From an uncultured Candidatus Actinomarina sp. (GTDB lineage: Bacteria; Actinomycetota; Acidimicrobiia; Actinomarinales; Actinomarinaceae), in the NCBI GenBank assembly GCA_902533795.1, contig CACAND010000005.1:847-64846 (forward strand): 64,000 nt of DNA, given 5' to 3'. Each line of letters starts with the position of its first letter. Within the stretch, counting starts at the first letter, position 1. The notes beneath the pieces were generated by a model. It ran no database searches. It was given only the letters and a program-made list of their open reading frames with translations, and was not told the DNA's origin. This document shows, one piece after another, positions 62,955 to 64,000 of this stretch. Both the position numbers and the translations under genes were made by a program.

Positions 62955-63926
62955 ATGAAAACAGTTTTTTCAGGAATTCAACCTACTGGAAAAGTTCATC
63001 TTGGTAATTTACTAGGTGCGATCAATAATTGGGTTGAGTTGTCTAATGAAGAAAATAAAAATTATTTTTGTGTTGTAGATCTTCATTCGTTGACTACACA
63101 TCCAGATCCTGAAACAATGGAAGAAAATATATTTGAAACTATAAAAGTTCTTGTTGCTTCTGGAATTAATTTAAAAAATTCGAATATTTATATTCAAAGT
63201 AATGTTTCAGAACATGTGCAACTCTCTTGGATATTATCAAATTTTTGCCAAATTGGGGAGTTACAAAGGATGACTCAATTTAAAGAAAAAGCAGATCAAT
63301 TAGGAAACCATGCTGGAATCCTAACTTATCCAATTTTGATGGCAGCCGATATTTTAATCCATAAAGCTAACGAAGTTCCTGTAGGAGATGATCAAACTCA
63401 ACATCTTGAGCTTACAAGAAACATAGTTGAGAGATTTAATAATACGTATGGAGAAATATTTCCGTTTCCAGAAAGAAAAACAGGAAAAGTAGGAGCAAGA
63501 TTAATGTCCTTGCGCCATCCTGAAAATAAAATGTCTAAAAGTAATGATGACTTAAATGGAACGATATATTTTGATGATTCTAAAGATGAAATTATTAAAA
63601 AATTTAAATCATCAGTTACTGATTCTGATGGTGTAATTAAATTTGATGCTGATAGTAAAAAAGGCATCAGTAATTTAATTGACATTTACTCTTCTCTTAA
63701 TGACTTATCCCATGATGAAGTAGAGAATAAATTTGAAAATCTAAAGTATGGAGAATTTAAAATTGAAGTTGGCGAAAGCGTTGTAAGCTACTTGGAACCA
63801 ATTAGAGAAAGATATAACTCAATGAGTAATGGTGACATAGCATCATTAATTAAGAATAATCTTGAGGAAGTTAAAGATTCTGCAAAAAAAACAATGGATG
63901 AAATTAACTCAGCTTTAGGAATTTAG
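62955..63926 (+). CDS. trpS: tryptophan--tRNA ligase
   Basis: 323 aa; HIGH-like TGKVHLGN and KMSKS. Confidence 0.93.
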   Translation: MKTVFSGIQPTGKVHLGNLLGAINNWVELSNEENKNYFCVVDLHSLTTHPDPETMEENIFETIKVLVASGINLKNSNIYIQSNVSEHVQLSWILSNFCQIGELQRMTQFKEKADQLGNHAGILTYPILMAADILIHKANEVPVGDDQTQHLELTRNIVERFNNTYGEIFPFPERKTGKVGARLMSLRHPENKMSKSNDDLNGTIYFDDSKDEIIKKFKSSVTDSDGVIKFDADSKKGISNLIDIYSSLNDLSHDEVENKFENLKYGEFKIEVGESVVSYLEPIRERYNSMSNGDIASLIKNNLEEVKDSAKKTMDEINSALGI

Positions 63927-63936
63927 TTTCTTCTTT

Positions 63937-64000
63937 TATGAATGAATTAAAACCAATACCTGAAGAATGGTTGACTTTACTTAATGATGAACAAAAAGAA
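63937..64000 (+). CDS. 5' end of an unidentified ORF (3' partial)
   Basis: ATG 63937 then MNELKPIPEEWLTLLNDEQKE runs off the window. Confidence 0.3.

Overview
This window is almost entirely core translation/transcription genes on the + strand, from a low-GC (~33%) genome with Actinobacteria-type synteny. In order: the tRNA-Tyr/Thr/Met–rpmG–[ECF sigma + ZAS anti-sigma]–tRNA-Trp–secE–nusG–rplKAJL–rpoBC block; the str operon (rpsL–rpsG–fusA–tuf); the complete S10–spc–alpha ribosomal-protein clusters (rpsJ … rplQ) with secY–adk–map–infA–rpmJ; truA–rplM–rpsI–glmM; a glmS-ribozyme-like leader followed by glmS; alr–tsaE–tsaB–rimI–tsaD–groES–groEL. Then comes a compact ten-gene aromatic amino-acid cluster (aroH–DAHP synthase–tyrA–aroA–aroE–aroC–aroK–aroB–aroQ–pheA), preceded by a tyrosine/phenylalanine-rich leader mini-ORF plus a terminator hairpin that looks like an attenuator. 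The last ~10 kb is a mixed-strand set of housekeeping/accessory genes: S51-peptidase-like, esterase, fur–cbiQ–cbiO, FMN reductase, plsC, YceI-like lipoprotein, NUDIX, EamA transporter, trpS. The most unusual object is a membrane-anchored thioredoxin-fold ORF (58009..58482) whose redox motif falls exactly on an in-frame TGA (reading Y-TGA-L-G-C, a U-x-x-C selenocysteine signature) with a small hairpin about 20 nt downstream. This is either a selenoprotein or a freshly inactivated CxxC gene. Also notable: every zinc-ribbon ribosomal protein in the window (L36, L33, S14) is the cysteine-less, zinc-independent form. No rRNA, CRISPR array or mobile element was seen.
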